Assembly (NCBI RefSeq): GCF_988242995.1
Contig: NZ_OZ547043.1
DNA length: 64,000 nt
Reading direction: 5' to 3' (one strand)
The notes under the pieces are model-generated. The model was not told the origin of the DNA and did not search any database. It saw only the letters and a program-made list of their open reading frames with translations. Shown here piece after piece: positions 10,508 to 22,264 of this stretch; the first letter of the stretch is position 1; every line of letters starts with the position of its first letter. The position numbers and the translations under genes were made by a program.

Positions 10508-12163
10508 ATGGATCGTAGACGATTTATTAAAGGTTCAATGGCTATGGCCGCCGTGTGCGGTACCAGCGGCATTGCTTCTCTTTTTTCTCAGGCGGCATTC
10601 GCGGCAGATTCTGATATTGCCGACGGGCAAACCCAACGTTTTGACTTCTCCATTCTACAGTCAATGGCGCACGACTTAGCGCAAACAGCGTGGCGTGGTG
10701 CGCCGCGTCCGTTACCTGACACTCTGGCGACAATGACGCCGCAGGCTTATAACAGTATTCAATACGACGCCGAAAAATCGCTCTGGCATAACGTTGAGAA
10801 CCGTCAACTGGACGCTCAGTTCTTCCATATGGGAATGGGATTCCGTCGCCGCGTTCGTATGTTTTCTGTTGATCCCGCAACACATCTGGCGCGTGAAATT
10901 CACTTTCGCCCGGAGTTGTTCAAATACAACGATGCGGGTGTTGATACCAAACAATTAGAAGGGCAAAGCGATCTCGGTTTTGCCGGTTTTCGCGTGTTTA
11001 AAGCCCCCGAACTAGCGCGCCGTGATGTAGTATCATTCCTCGGTGCGAGTTATTTCCGCGCCGTTGACGACACATATCAATACGGTCTATCGGCTCGCGG
11101 CCTGGCGATCGACACTTACACCGACAGTAAAGAAGAGTTCCCCGACTTTACCGCCTTCTGGTTTGATACGGTAAAACCGGGGGCAACCACCTTTACCGTT
11201 TATGCGTTGCTCGATAGCGCCAGCATTACTGGTGCCTATAAGTTCACTATCCATTGTGAGAAAAGTCAGGTGATTATGGATGTGGAAAATCACCTGTATG
11301 CGCGCAAAGACATTAAACAGCTGGGCATTGCGCCGATGACCAGCATGTTCAGCTGCGGTACTAATGAACGTCGGATGTGCGACACCATTCATCCGCAAAT
11401 CCATGACTCTGATCGTTTGTCCATGTGGCGGGGCAACGGCGAGTGGATTTGTCGTCCGCTGAATAATCCGCAAAAATTGCAGTTCAATGCTTACACCGAC
11501 AACAACCCGAAAGGGTTTGGTTTATTGCAACTGGATCGTGATTTCTCCCATTATCAGGACATTATGGGCTGGTATAACAAACGCCCAAGTCTGTGGGTGG
11601 AGCCGCGTAACAAGTGGGGTAAGGGCACCATCGGCCTGATGGAAATCCCAACTACGGGTGAAACGCTGGATAACATTGTCTGCTTCTGGCAGCCAGAAAA
11701 AGCTGTAAAAGCGGGTGATGAGTTTGCATTCCAGTATCGTCTGTACTGGAGTGCGCAACCGCCTGTTCATTGCCCATTAGCGCGCGTTATGGCGACGCGT
11801 ACCGGCATGGGCGGTTTCCCGGAAGGTTGGGCGCCAGGTGAACACTATCCCGAAAAATGGGCGCGTCGTTTTGCCGTCGATTTCGTTGGTGGTGATCTGA
11901 AAGCTGCCGCGCCAAAAGGCATTGAGCCGGTGATTACGCTTTCCAGTGGGGAAGCGAAGCAAATCGAAATTCTCTATATTGAACCCATTGATGGTTATCG
12001 TATTCAGTTTGACTGGTATCCGACTTCGGACTCCACTGATCCGGTCGATATGCGGATGTATCTGCGTTGTCAGGGCGACGCTATCAGTGAAACATGGCTG
12101 TATCAGTATTTCCCGCCAGCGCCGGATAAACGTCAGTATGTTGACGACCGCGTGATGAGTTAA
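10508..12163 (+). CDS. opgD: glucans biosynthesis protein D (periplasmic, Tat-secreted)
   Basis: 551 aa; twin-arginine signal [32 protein letters not shown]; recognised as OpgD/MdoD. Confidence 0.95.
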   Translation: MDRRRFIKGSMAMAAVCGTSGIASLFSQAAFAADSDIADGQTQRFDFSILQSMAHDLAQTAWRGAPRPLPDTLATMTPQAYNSIQYDAEKSLWHNVENRQLDAQFFHMGMGFRRRVRMFSVDPATHLAREIHFRPELFKYNDAGVDTKQLEGQSDLGFAGFRVFKAPELARRDVVSFLGASYFRAVDDTYQYGLSARGLAIDTYTDSKEEFPDFTAFWFDTVKPGATTFTVYALLDSASITGAYKFTIHCEKSQVIMDVENHLYARKDIKQLGIAPMTSMFSCGTNERRMCDTIHPQIHDSDRLSMWRGNGEWICRPLNNPQKLQFNAYTDNNPKGFGLLQLDRDFSHYQDIMGWYNKRPSLWVEPRNKWGKGTIGLMEIPTTGETLDNIVCFWQPEKAVKAGDEFAFQYRLYWSAQPPVHCPLARVMATRTGMGGFPEGWAPGEHYPEKWARRFAVDFVGGDLKAAAPKGIEPVITLSSGEAKQIEILYIEPIDGYRIQFDWYPTSDSTDPVDMRMYLRCQGDAISETWLYQYFPPAPDKRQYVDDRVMS

Positions 12164-12209
12164 TCGTTTTTTCTTCGGCACCTTCTTCGGGAGGTGCCGT
12201 CTGGTTGTG

Positions 12210-12925
12210 CACAGAAAACCCCCAGCTAGGCTGGGGGTTCCGGAAAGCTTTCAGCTTTGAGCCAGTTATTAAAACCCCTTTTGATTTGTTAAAACACCTT
12301 GCGGTCTGGCAACTGCAAGTGTCAAACAAGAAATCAAAAGGGGGTCCCAATGGGGGACGAAAAGAGCTTAGCGCACACCCGCTGGAACTGTAAATATCAC
12401 ATAGTTTTTGCGCCGAAATACCGAAGACTGGCGTTTTACGGAGAGAAGCGTAGGGCGATAGGCAGTATTTTGAGAAAGCTGTGTGAGTGGAAAAGCGTAC
12501 GGATTCTGGAAGCAGAGTGCTGCGCAGATCATATCCATATGCTTGTGGAAATCCCACCCAAAATGAGCGTATCCGGCTTTATGGGATATCTGAAAGGGAA
12601 AAGCAGTCTGATGCTTTACGAGCAGTTTGGGGATTTGAAATTCAAATACAGAAACAGGGAGTTCTGGTGCCGAGGGTACTATGTCGATACGGTGGGTAAG
12701 AACACGGCGAAGATACAGGACTACATAAAGCACCAGCTTGAAGAGGATAAAATGGGGGAGCAGTTATCGATTCCATATCCGGGCGGCCCGTTTACGGGCC
12801 GTAAGTAACGAAGTTGAATGCAAATGTCAGATCGTATGCGCCTGTTAGGGCGCGGCTGGTAACAGAGCCTTACAGGCGCATTTGAAAAACCTCCGGCTAT
12901 GCCGGAGGATATTTATTAACAACTG
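12210..12925 (+). mobile_element. IS200-family (IS200/IS605) insertion sequence, ~0.7 kb (ends approximate)
   Basis: contains Y1 HUH transposase gene; subterminal hairpins (CCCCCAGCTAGGCTGGGGG near left end; GCGCCTGTTAGGGCGCG and CCGGCTATGCCGG near right end) typical of IS200 ends. Confidence 0.65.
12350..12808 (+). CDS. tnpA: IS200-family transposase TnpA (Y1 HUH)
   Basis: 152 aa from MGDEKSLAHTRWNCKYHIVFAPKYRR...; HUH motif (HIHM) and catalytic Tyr region; the 169-aa track ORF has an N-terminal extension. Confidence 0.85.
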   Translation: MGDEKSLAHTRWNCKYHIVFAPKYRRLAFYGEKRRAIGSILRKLCEWKSVRILEAECCADHIHMLVEIPPKMSVSGFMGYLKGKSSLMLYEQFGDLKFKYRNREFWCRGYYVDTVGKNTAKIQDYIKHQLEEDKMGEQLSIPYPGGPFTGRK

Positions 12926-12946
12926 CATGGAGTGACTGGAGATAAG

Positions 12947-13486
12947 ATGACTGAAACGATAAAAGTAAGCGAATCACTTGAATTACATGCTGTTGCAGAA
13001 AATCACGTCACACCTCTTTATCAGTTAATCTGTAAAAATAAAACCTGGTTACAGCAGTCGCTAAACTGGCCGCAGTTTGTTCAAAGTGAAGAGGACACGC
13101 GAAAAACGGTGCAGGGCAATGTAATGTTGCATCAACGCGGATATGCCAAAATGTTCATGATTTTCAAAGAAGATGAACTTATCGGCGTTATCTCGTTTAA
13201 TCGTATTGAACCACTGAATAAAACCGCTGAAATCGGCTACTGGCTGGACGAATCTCATCAGGGGCAGGGGATCATTTCTCAGGCGCTGCAGGCATTGATT
13301 CATCATTACGCCCAGTCTGGTGAACTTAGACGCTTCGTGATCAAATGTCGGGTGGACAATGCGCAAAGCAACCAGGTCGCTTTGCGCAATGGTTTTATCC
13401 TTGAAGGTTGCCTGAAACAGGCTGAGTTCCTGAATGATGCCTATGATGATGTGAACTTATACGCGCGTATTATCGATTCACAATAA
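12947..13486 (+). CDS. rimL: ribosomal-protein-L7/L12 serine N-acetyltransferase (GNAT)
   Basis: 179 aa from [20 protein letters not shown]...; GNAT fold; recognised as RimL. Confidence 0.9.
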   Translation: MTETIKVSESLELHAVAENHVTPLYQLICKNKTWLQQSLNWPQFVQSEEDTRKTVQGNVMLHQRGYAKMFMIFKEDELIGVISFNRIEPLNKTAEIGYWLDESHQGQGIISQALQALIHHYAQSGELRRFVIKCRVDNAQSNQVALRNGFILEGCLKQAEFLNDAYDDVNLYARIIDSQ

Positions 13487-14458
13487 CCCTGCCAGTGGCG
13501 TTCGCGTAATGCGCTCTTCGCCGTTAATGACTTTTGGACCACGGACATGAACCGTGTCGCCATCAAAGGCTTCAACGACGGCGTGGTCGGTTAACTCCAC
13601 ATGGTTTTCAATTATCACCGCACCTGTAATACGGCTCTCACCTTGTATGACAACGTGCTCGTCGAGCAGAATCGGTCCGCCACATACCACGGCATTTCCG
13701 CCAATCAAAACATGATGTTTTAACACACAATTACCTTCCACAATGGCATATTCCGCCACCTGCGAACTGTAATGAATCGTCGGAATGGCATCTTCTTCTA
13801 TGCCAGCTTTCACCTGCGCGTGACCGTAGACTTTAGCGCAATCGCATAGCCAGACGTTGTTCTCTTCATTACCTTCAACGCTGGCAAAATCAAAAACTTC
13901 GGCGCGATGTTCAATAAAAGCATACCGGACGACGGCATCGCCATAAATTTGTGCCTGGTGAACAATACGCGAGGCGCTAACCCTTGCGCGATCATAAATT
14001 TGTAGCAGGAGTTGATGGTCGGGCGTTAAGCCTTGTGCGGCGACGATCATAGAATGTTGATCAATTAAGGCGTGACCAAATATTCTACATTGACCACAAA
14101 CTAATGAGTCACGAATGGTGACGCTGTCACTTATATATGCACCCTGGCTGATTTCACTATTATCGATCCAGACATTATCCGTTGCGTAAACCTCTCCCCA
14201 CAGCACGCTGGTGCCGGTGATACGCGTATTCCCGGATATCACCGTTCCGCCGAACGCAATAGCATTCTGGTCGTAAATCCAGCAATTTCCTTCCTGTGCT
14301 AACACCGTTTCGCGATCGATCCAGCCGCCAGCGGTTCCTGCTATCACATCGTTAAAATCGCTAATGGCGATAATCTGCCGTAATAACACACTTTTTTTAG
14401 TGCCATCTTCCTGATAACTAAAGGCTCGCTGTTCTTCACTTAGACGATATTTGCGCAT
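13478..14458 (-). CDS. ydcK: hexapeptide-repeat (left-handed beta-helix) protein YdcK
   Basis: 326 aa; repetitive hexapeptide pattern; recognised as YdcK. Confidence 0.85.
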   Translation of the reverse strand: MRKYRLSEEQRAFSYQEDGTKKSVLLRQIIAISDFNDVIAGTAGGWIDRETVLAQEGNCWIYDQNAIAFGGTVISGNTRITGTSVLWGEVYATDNVWIDNSEISQGAYISDSVTIRDSLVCGQCRIFGHALIDQHSMIVAAQGLTPDHQLLLQIYDRARVSASRIVHQAQIYGDAVVRYAFIEHRAEVFDFASVEGNEENNVWLCDCAKVYGHAQVKAGIEEDAIPTIHYSSQVAEYAIVEGNCVLKHHVLIGGNAVVCGGPILLDEHVVIQGESRITGAVIIENHVELTDHAVVEAFDGDTVHVRGPKVINGEERITRTPLAGLL

Positions 14459-14581
14459 AGCGTTTTCCCACAGGTGACTTACTATAACCGTAGCAAATTC
14501 TGCGGCTCTGGCTATGCTCGAGAAAATTCCATAAAATGCATTTCAAATATACTTTATAAATTAAACAAAATGAGTAAGAAG

Positions 14582-15574
14582 ATGCAGAGCGATAAAGTGC
14601 TCAATTTGCCGGCAGGCTACTTTGGTATTGTGTTGGGGACGATAGGGATGGGATTTGCCTGGCGCTATGCCAGCCAGGTTTGGCAGGTCAGCCACTGGTT
14701 AGGGGATGGGCTGGTGATTCTGGCGATGATCATCTGGGGATTATTGACTAGCGCATTTATTACCCGACTCATACGCTTTCCGCATAGCGTGCTGGCGGAA
14801 GTTCGCCATCCAGTGCTGAGCAGTTTTGTGAGTTTGTTTCCGGCAACGACGATGCTGGTGGCGATTGGTTTTGTTCCGTGGTTTCGCCCACTGGCGGTGT
14901 GCCTGTTCAGTTTTGGTGTCGTGGTGCAACTGGCTTATGCCGCATGGCAAACTGCGGGATTATGGCGCGGATCTCACCCTGAAGAAGCTACCACGCCTGG
15001 ACTGTATCTGCCGACAGTTGCCAACAACTTTATCAGCGCAATGGCCTGTGGTGCGTTGGGCTACACCGACGCCGGTCTGGTGTTTTTAGGCGCAGGCGTT
15101 TTCTCATGGCTAAGCCTTGAACCGGTGATCTTGCAGCGTCTGCGCAGTTCGGGAGAATTACCCACGGCGCTGCGGACATCACTCGGCATTCAGCTCGCTC
15201 CTGCGCTGGTGGCCTGTAGTGCCTGGCTGAGCGTCAACGGCGGCGAGGGTGACACGCTGGCGAAAATGCTTTTCGGTTATGGACTGCTGCAACTGCTGTT
15301 TATGCTACGTCTGATGCCATGGTATCTCTCCCAGCCATTTAATGCTTCATTCTGGAGTTTCTCGTTCGGCGTATCTGCACTGGCAACCACCGGTTTGCAT
15401 CTGGGGAGTGGCAGCGATAATGGATTTTTTCATACGCTGGCGGTGCCGCTGTTTATCTTTACCAATTTTATTATTGCAATACTGCTCATCCGTACTTTTG
15501 CGCTTCTGATGCAGGGAAAATTGTTAGTCAGAACCGAGCGCGCCGTTTTAATGAAAGCAGAGGACAAAGAATGA
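14582..15574 (+). CDS. tehA: tellurite resistance / C4-dicarboxylate-transporter-family membrane protein TehA
   Basis: native start at internal Met ([15 protein letters not shown]..., 330 aa); multi-TM; overlaps tehB start. Confidence 0.9.
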   Translation: MQSDKVLNLPAGYFGIVLGTIGMGFAWRYASQVWQVSHWLGDGLVILAMIIWGLLTSAFITRLIRFPHSVLAEVRHPVLSSFVSLFPATTMLVAIGFVPWFRPLAVCLFSFGVVVQLAYAAWQTAGLWRGSHPEEATTPGLYLPTVANNFISAMACGALGYTDAGLVFLGAGVFSWLSLEPVILQRLRSSGELPTALRTSLGIQLAPALVACSAWLSVNGGEGDTLAKMLFGYGLLQLLFMLRLMPWYLSQPFNASFWSFSFGVSALATTGLHLGSGSDNGFFHTLAVPLFIFTNFIIAILLIRTFALLMQGKLLVRTERAVLMKAEDKE

Positions 15575-16164
15575 TCATTCGTGATGAAAACTATTTTACT
15601 GATAAATATGAATTAACCCGCACACACTCTGAAGTGCTGGAAGCGGTGAAAGTGGTTAAACCGGGTAAAACGCTGGATCTGGGCTGTGGCAATGGTCGTA
15701 ACAGTCTTTACCTGGCAGCCAATGGTTATGATGTTGACGCATGGGATAAAAATGCCATGAGTATCGCCAACGTCGAGCGCATTAAGTCCATTGAAAATCT
15801 GGATAATTTACACACCCGGGTCGTTGATCTGAATAACCTCACATTTGATGGACAGTACGATTTTATTATTTCGACTGTGGTGCTGATGTTCCTTGAGGCT
15901 AAAACCATCCCAGGGCTGATTGCCAATATGCAACGTTGCACTAAACCTGGCGGTTACAACCTGATTGTGGCGGCGATGGATACCGCTGATTATCCATGTA
16001 CCGTCGGCTTCCCGTTTGCCTTCAAAGAGGGGGAATTACGTCGATATTACGAAGGCTGGGAGATGGTGAAATACAATGAAGACGTCGGCGAGCTGCACCG
16101 CACCGACGCCAACGGTAATCGTATTAAACTGCGTTTCGCCACGATGCTGGCACGTAAAAAATGA
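15571..16164 (+). CDS. tehB: tellurite methyltransferase TehB (SAM-dependent)
   Basis: 197 aa; SAM-binding motif [15 protein letters not shown]; ATGA start/stop overlap with tehA. Confidence 0.95.
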   Translation: MIIRDENYFTDKYELTRTHSEVLEAVKVVKPGKTLDLGCGNGRNSLYLAANGYDVDAWDKNAMSIANVERIKSIENLDNLHTRVVDLNNLTFDGQYDFIISTVVLMFLEAKTIPGLIANMQRCTKPGGYNLIVAAMDTADYPCTVGFPFAFKEGELRRYYEGWEMVKYNEDVGELHRTDANGNRIKLRFATMLARKK

Positions 16165-16466
16165 TCCGGTAAGAACAAAGCGCGTGAAAATTCCCCACGC
16201 TGAGATGGTTTACTGTTCTTCTTTTCGGTAAGCATATTTTTTATCGAAGGGATGTGAAATTAATCACAGTAGTCGAAGTTTTTTAGCCGCTTAACTTACT
16301 GAAATTTAACTACTGATGATTGACTTAGCCCCTTTTTCGGCATTGACTATGTCGTCTGAAAAGGGGCTAAAAAATTTATTTTCACCAACACTTTTTTTGC
16401 CACAACACGAAGCGGCGCTTTTTGCTATAACTTAGAAAGTAATATAATCATCTCAGGAAACTATTC

Positions 16467-17135
16467 ATGCGTACCACATCATTTGCGAAAGTTGCAGCTT
16501 TATGCGGCTTGTTGGCTCTGTCTGGTTGTGCCTCTAAAATCACCCAGCCAGATAAATATTCTGGTTTTTTAAACAATTACTCTGATTTAAAAGAAACAAC
16601 CTCAGCAACAGGTAAACCTGTTTTACGTTGGGTAGACCCGAGTTTTGATCAAAGCAAATATGACAGCATCGTCTGGAACCCAATCACTTATTATCCGGTA
16701 CCGAAACCTTCAACCCAGGTAGGGCAGAAAGTTCTGGATAAAATTTTGAACTATACCAACACCGAAATGAAAGAAGCGATAGCGCAGCGTAAACCACTGG
16801 TTACCAACGCTGGGCCGCGTAGTCTGATTTTCCGTGGGGCCATTACCGGTGTAGATACCAGCAAAGAAGGGCTGCAATTCTATGAAGTGGTTCCTGTTGC
16901 ATTAGTGGTTGCGGGGACGCAAATGGCTACAGGCCACCGTACCATGGATACTCGCCTCTATTTTGAAGGTGAGCTGATTGATGCAGCGACTAATAAACCG
17001 GTTATCAAAGTCGTTCGTCAGGGCGAAGGTAAAGACCTGAATAACGAAAGTACGCCAATGGCTTTCGAAAATATTAAACAAGTTATTGATGACATGGCGA
17101 CCGATGCCACCATGTTTGACGTTAACAAAAAGTAG
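16467..17135 (+). CDS. ydcL: lipoprotein YdcL (DUF3313)
   Basis: 222 aa; lipobox LALSGC after signal peptide. Confidence 0.9.
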   Translation: MRTTSFAKVAALCGLLALSGCASKITQPDKYSGFLNNYSDLKETTSATGKPVLRWVDPSFDQSKYDSIVWNPITYYPVPKPSTQVGQKVLDKILNYTNTEMKEAIAQRKPLVTNAGPRSLIFRGAITGVDTSKEGLQFYEVVPVALVVAGTQMATGHRTMDTRLYFEGELIDAATNKPVIKVVRQGEGKDLNNESTPMAFENIKQVIDDMATDATMFDVNKK

Positions 17136-17143
17136 TTCCAGAC

Positions 17144-17170
17144 GCGCCATCGTTAGATGGCGCTTTTTAT
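17144..17170. terminator. bidirectional rho-independent terminator between ydcL and ydcO
   Basis: hairpin GCGCCATC-GTTA-GATGGCGC followed by TTTTTATTA. Confidence 0.65.
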
Positions 17171-18342
17171 TATCGGTTTCTGTTAGCGATTAAATTCAAC
17201 ACCACGTAACAAACGCCTCCGGCAATTAATCCCCAAAACGCAGAACCAATCCCGACCAGCGTCAATCCACTTGCCGTTACCAGAAATGCCACCACCGCCG
17301 CGTCGCGCTCACGCTCATTATGCAGCGCCTGATACAAACTGCCGCCAATGGTACTCAACAGCGCCAGACCTGCCAGCATCTGGATCCAACTTACGGGCAG
17401 GGCAGCCATCATCCCGGTAATGGCACTACCAAACAGACCTGCGAGCAAATAGAAAATGCCTGCAACGGCAGCGGCCAGCCAACGTTGATCTTTATCCGGA
17501 TGCGCTTCCGGGCTTTGGCAAATAGCCGCGGTGATTGCCGCAATACCGACGGAATAAACGCCGAAAGGGGAAAAAACCAGTGCCAGCAATCCAGTAAATA
17601 CAATTAATGGCGAAACAGGAGCTGAATATCCGGCGGCTTTCATTGCTGCGATACCCGGTGCGTTTTGCGATGCCATCGTCACCAGAAAAAGGGGGAGTGC
17701 AACGCTCAGGCTGTGAGCAAACGAAAAATCAGGGCTAATATAAGTGGGGAGAACGGGTTTAAAGACAACATCAGTTGTGACAACGTCACCTTGCGCGATA
17801 ACGATCACGACCCCAATAATCATCGCGGCAATTACCGCATAGCGCGGCGCAACGGCCTTGGTTGCCAGCCATACCAGCAACATACCTCCACACAACGTAG
17901 ATTGACCATCCAGACTGGCAAACGCCTGTAAACCAAAGCGTAATAAAATCCCGGCAAGCATTGCCGCCGCAAGCGAGTGCGGAATAATGCGCATCAGACG
18001 AGCAAAGAGTCCCGTTATGCCGCAGAGGACTATTAACGCGTTGGTGACAATAAAAACGCCGATGGCTTCGTTAAGTGTTAGTCCCTGTAATCCGGTGACC
18101 AACAAAGCCGCGCCAGGCGTTGACCATGCGGTGAGAACAGGTACGCGATACCATAATGTCAGAGTCAGCGTACTGACGCCCATTGCCAGCCCCAGCGCCG
18201 TCATCCAGCCAGAGATTTGTGTAGTGGTGGCTCCGGCGACAATCGCTGCTTGCCAGATTATTGCCGCTGAACTGGCGTAGCCAATTAATACCGCCAGAAA
18301 CCCCGCCAGTAGCGTGGGTGGAGGAATAGAAAACAGACGCAT
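17170..18342 (-). CDS. ydcO: BenE-family membrane transporter YdcO
   Basis: native start at internal Met (MRLFSIPPPTLLAGFLAVLIGY..., 391 aa); polytopic membrane protein. Confidence 0.85.
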   Translation of the reverse strand: MRLFSIPPPTLLAGFLAVLIGYASSAAIIWQAAIVAGATTTQISGWMTALGLAMGVSTLTLTLWYRVPVLTAWSTPGAALLVTGLQGLTLNEAIGVFIVTNALIVLCGITGLFARLMRIIPHSLAAAMLAGILLRFGLQAFASLDGQSTLCGGMLLVWLATKAVAPRYAVIAAMIIGVVIVIAQGDVVTTDVVFKPVLPTYISPDFSFAHSLSVALPLFLVTMASQNAPGIAAMKAAGYSAPVSPLIVFTGLLALVFSPFGVYSVGIAAITAAICQSPEAHPDKDQRWLAAAVAGIFYLLAGLFGSAITGMMAALPVSWIQMLAGLALLSTIGGSLYQALHNERERDAAVVAFLVTASGLTLVGIGSAFWGLIAGGVCYVVLNLIANRNR

Positions 18343-18433
18343 AGTCACCTCGTGCGTTATAACGTACAGGTACCGTAGCATTTGTCCGTTATAACGCACA
18401 AGTGATAAACTTCCGTTTTGCCGGAGGAGTCGC

Positions 18434-18970
18434 ATGGAAAATCTCGCTCGCTTTTTATCCACCACACTTAAACAACTACGTCAGCATCGCGGCTGGAGTC
18501 TTTCGCGACTGGCAGAAGCGACGGGCGTTTCTAAAGCGATGTTAGGGCAGATTGAGCGTAATGAATCCAGCCCGACGGTCGCGACATTATGGAAAATTGC
18601 CACCGGGTTGAACGTGCCATTTTCAACATTTATTTCTCCGCCGCAGTCCGCTACGCCTTCAGTTTATGATCCACAACGGCAGGCGATGGTGATCACTTCG
18701 CTGTTTCCTTATGATCCACAACTCTGCTTTGAACACTTCTCGATTCAGATGGCACCTGGTGCAATAAGTGAATCGACGCCCCATGAGAAGGGAGTAATCG
18801 AACATGTTGTCGTCATTGATGGGCAACTTGATCTGTGCGTTGATGGTGAATGGCAGAGCCTTAATTGTGGAAAAGGCGCTCGATTTGCTGCAGACGTTAC
18901 GCATGTCTATCGTAATGGTGGGGAGCAAATCGTACATTTTCATTCCCTCATCCATTACCCGCGCAGTTAA
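18434..18970 (+). CDS. ydcN: XRE-family HTH plus cupin-domain transcriptional regulator YdcN
   Basis: 178 aa; N-terminal HTH (LRQHRGWSLSRLAEATGVSKAMLGQIERNESSPT), C-terminal cupin. Confidence 0.9.
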   Translation: MENLARFLSTTLKQLRQHRGWSLSRLAEATGVSKAMLGQIERNESSPTVATLWKIATGLNVPFSTFISPPQSATPSVYDPQRQAMVITSLFPYDPQLCFEHFSIQMAPGAISESTPHEKGVIEHVVVIDGQLDLCVDGEWQSLNCGKGARFAADVTHVYRNGGEQIVHFHSLIHYPRS

Positions 18971-19042
18971 GCGGGAAAACTATTTCGCAACGTCGCGCTT
19001 GTGGCTAAAATAGCCGCCATTTTTCAGCTACTGGATAAGAAA

Positions 19043-21004
19043 GTGACCGTATCTTCTCATCGTCTTGAACTGTTAAGTCCGGCACGCGATGCCGCCATTG
19101 CCCGCGAAGCTATTTTGCACGGTGCCGATGCTGTTTATATCGGCGGCCCTGGTTTTGGTGCCCGTCATAATGCCAGTAATAGCCTGAAAGATATTGCCGA
19201 ACTGGTGCCATTTGCCCATCGTTATGGTGCAAAAATTTTCGTCACGCTTAACACCATTTTGCATGATGATGAGCTGGAACCTGCGCAACGGCTGATTACC
19301 GACCTCTACCAGACCGGCGTCGACGCGCTGATTGTTCAGGATATGGGGATTCTGGAACTTGATATTCCGCCGATTGAACTGCACGCCAGTACGCAGTGCG
19401 ACATTCGTACAGTAGAAAAAGCGAAGTTCCTCTCTGATGTTGGCTTCACGCAGATTGTGCTGGCGCGAGAGCTGAATCTTGAGCAGATCCGCGCGATTCA
19501 CCAGGCCACGGACGCGACCATTGAATTCTTTATTCATGGCGCACTGTGCGTGGCCTATTCGGGTCAGTGCTACATTTCTCATGCGCAAACAGGGCGTAGC
19601 GCCAACCGTGGCGATTGCTCGCAGGCGTGCCGTTTGCCATACACATTGAAAGACGATCAGGGGCGGGTGGTTTCCTATGAAAAACATCTGCTGTCGATGA
19701 AAGATAACGATCAGACTGCCAACCTCGGCGCGCTGATTGATGCTGGCGTACGCTCCTTCAAGATTGAAGGGCGTTACAAAGATATGAGCTACGTGAAGAA
19801 TATCACCGCCCATTATCGCCAGATGCTGGATGCCATTATTGAAGAACGTGGCGATCTGACGCGTACTTCATCAGGTCGTACTGAACATTTCTTTGTTCCA
19901 TCGACGGAAAAGACTTTCCACCGTGGTAGCACAGATTATTTTGTGAATGCCCGTAAAGGCGATATTGGCGCGTTCGATTCGCCGAAATTTATCGGCCTGC
20001 CGGTGGGTGAAGTATTGAAAGTGGCGAAAGATCATCTCGATGTTGCCGTCACCGAACCACTGGCAAATGGCGATGGCCTGAACGTGATGATTAAACGTGA
20101 AGTCGTCGGCTTTCGTGCCAATACGGTCGAGAAAACCGGAGAAAATCAGTACCGCGTCTGGCCCAATGAAATGCCAGCAGAGTTGCACAAAATTCGCCCG
20201 CATCACCCACTAAATCGTAATCTTGATCATAACTGGCAGCAGGCACTGACAAAAACATCCAGCGAACGTCGGGTGGCGGTAGATATTGAACTGGGCGGCT
20301 GGCAGGAACAACTGATTCTGACCCTCACCAGTGAAGAGGGTGTCAGCATCACGCATACGCTGGACGGGCATTTCGACGAAGCCAATAACGCCGAAAAAGC
20401 AATGAACAATCTAAAGGATGGTCTGGCAAAACTGGGGCAAACCCTCTATTACGCCCGCGATGTGCAAATTAATTTGCCCGGGGCGCTGTTTGTACCAAAC
20501 AGTCTGTTAAACCAGTTCCGCCGTGAAGCCGCCGACATGCTGGATGCTGCACGTCTTGCCGGTTACCAGCGGGGCAGCCGTAAACCGGTTGCTGATCCTG
20601 CGCCGGTTTATCCGCAAACGCATCTGAGTTTCCTCGCGAACGTATACAACCAGAAAGCGCGTGAATTTTATCATCGCTACGGTGTGCAGCTGATTGACGC
20701 GGCGTATGAGGCACATGAAGAGAAGGGCGAAGTCCCGGTGATGATCACTAAGCATTGTCTGCGCTTTGCCTTCAATCTGTGCCCGAAACAGGCGAAAGGC
20801 AATATCAAAAGCTGGAAGGCGACGCCAATGCAACTGGTTAACGGCGATGAAGTATTAACGCTAAAGTTCGATTGTCGCCCATGTGAGATGCACGTCATCG
20901 GCAAAATTAAAAATCACATTCTGAAAATGCCGTTACCGGGAAGTGTTGTCGCCTCCGTAAGTCCGGATGAGCTGCTGAAAACATTGCCGAAGCGAAAAGG
21001 GTAA
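19043..21004 (+). CDS. ydcP: U32-family peptidase-like protein YdcP (RlhA-like rRNA hydroxylation factor)
   Basis: ORF track 19001..21004 (667 aa); U32 family signature around GxxxxGxRxN and Cys cluster; start may be GTG at 19043 (653 aa) or ATG at 19001. Confidence 0.85.
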   Translation: MTVSSHRLELLSPARDAAIAREAILHGADAVYIGGPGFGARHNASNSLKDIAELVPFAHRYGAKIFVTLNTILHDDELEPAQRLITDLYQTGVDALIVQDMGILELDIPPIELHASTQCDIRTVEKAKFLSDVGFTQIVLARELNLEQIRAIHQATDATIEFFIHGALCVAYSGQCYISHAQTGRSANRGDCSQACRLPYTLKDDQGRVVSYEKHLLSMKDNDQTANLGALIDAGVRSFKIEGRYKDMSYVKNITAHYRQMLDAIIEERGDLTRTSSGRTEHFFVPSTEKTFHRGSTDYFVNARKGDIGAFDSPKFIGLPVGEVLKVAKDHLDVAVTEPLANGDGLNVMIKREVVGFRANTVEKTGENQYRVWPNEMPAELHKIRPHHPLNRNLDHNWQQALTKTSSERRVAVDIELGGWQEQLILTLTSEEGVSITHTLDGHFDEANNAEKAMNNLKDGLAKLGQTLYYARDVQINLPGALFVPNSLLNQFRREAADMLDAARLAGYQRGSRKPVADPAPVYPQTHLSFLANVYNQKAREFYHRYGVQLIDAAYEAHEEKGEVPVMITKHCLRFAFNLCPKQAKGNIKSWKATPMQLVNGDEVLTLKFDCRPCEMHVIGKIKNHILKMPLPGSVVASVSPDELLKTLPKRKG

Positions 21005-21055
21005 AACGCCAGTTTTCTGGTTACTCACAACTTATTGAATCTGCATGATATTGTT

Positions 21056-21086
21056 GGCCGGGTAAGGCGTCACGCCGCATCCGGCA
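21056..21086. repeat. REP (repetitive extragenic palindromic) element
   Basis: GCCGGGTAAGGCGTCACGCCGCATCCGGC between convergent ydcP and yncJ. Confidence 0.5.
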
Positions 21087-21095
21087 ATAAATGAC

Positions 21096-21326
21096 TCAAC
21101 GTTGTCCCGCTTCTGGTTTGCGCGATTTTTGCCAGTAAAAATGCTCGCGCAAACCTTCCGCCGACTCTTCCGCCACAGCACGCAATTCATCGCTGTCCGC
21201 TTCATGACGCAGTTGATGATCCACATTCTTTACCCACATAAATTCATGTCCTTTGTGCCCTGCCATGAGTTGTCCTGAGAACAGCGCACACGTTAATAAG
21301 ACAACCGATAACGCCTTCGTAAACAT
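21096..21326 (-). CDS. yncJ: DUF2554 secreted protein YncJ
   Basis: 76 aa with signal peptide MFTKALSVVLLTCALFSGQLMA. Confidence 0.85.
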   Translation of the reverse strand: MFTKALSVVLLTCALFSGQLMAGHKGHEFMWVKNVDHQLRHEADSDELRAVAEESAEGLREHFYWQKSRKPEAGQR

Positions 21327-21547
21327 CCTGCCACCTTTTTCTTACCTTTTGCCGCTATGATGCCGATCGTTTCTTGAGGTTATTATTCAGTTTTGCAAAT
21401 TAGCGCAAAGAAATTCTGGAATCTTCCTTCCTGATTTTGCATTGCATTCTGCCGTTGCGGCGATTTAGTGCTATTTTCGAGCACATTACACACGGAGGTA
21501 AACACTAATGTTTACTTTGTTGATATACTCAGCGGCAGGGAGGCGAT

Positions 21548-21724
21548 GTGAAACAAAGCGAGTTCAGACGTTGGCTCGAATCTCAGGGCGTCGATGTAGC
21601 GAATGGCAGCAACCATTTAAAACTCAGGTTTCACGGGAGGCGCAGTGTCATGCCGCGTCACCCCTGCGATGAGATTAAAGAACCATTGCGTAAAGCAATC
21701 CTGAAACAACTCGGTTTGAGTTAA
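21548..21724 (+). CDS. hicA: HicA mRNA interferase toxin (type II TA)
   Basis: 58-codon frame from GTG: (M)KQSEFRRWLESQGVDVANGSNHLKLRFHGRRSVMPRHPCDEIKEPLRKAILKQLGLS; below ORF-track cutoff; immediately upstream of hicB. Confidence 0.85.
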   Translation: MKQSEFRRWLESQGVDVANGSNHLKLRFHGRRSVMPRHPCDEIKEPLRKAILKQLGLS

Positions 21725-21748
21725 TCGCCAATTAAAAAGGTTAATGAC

Positions 21749-22186
<438 letters not shown>

Positions 22187-22264
22187 TAACAGTTAATGAA
22201 AAGTTGTCATTTTTAACAACTGATATAGACTGCCGAATCACCTGCACATAATAACGATTCGATA

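Noticed and set aside
12084-12557. 157-aa minus-strand ORF spanning the IS200 left end
   Set aside because: Antisense to the IS200 transposase and crosses the element boundary; IS200 ends are highly structured non-coding RNA.
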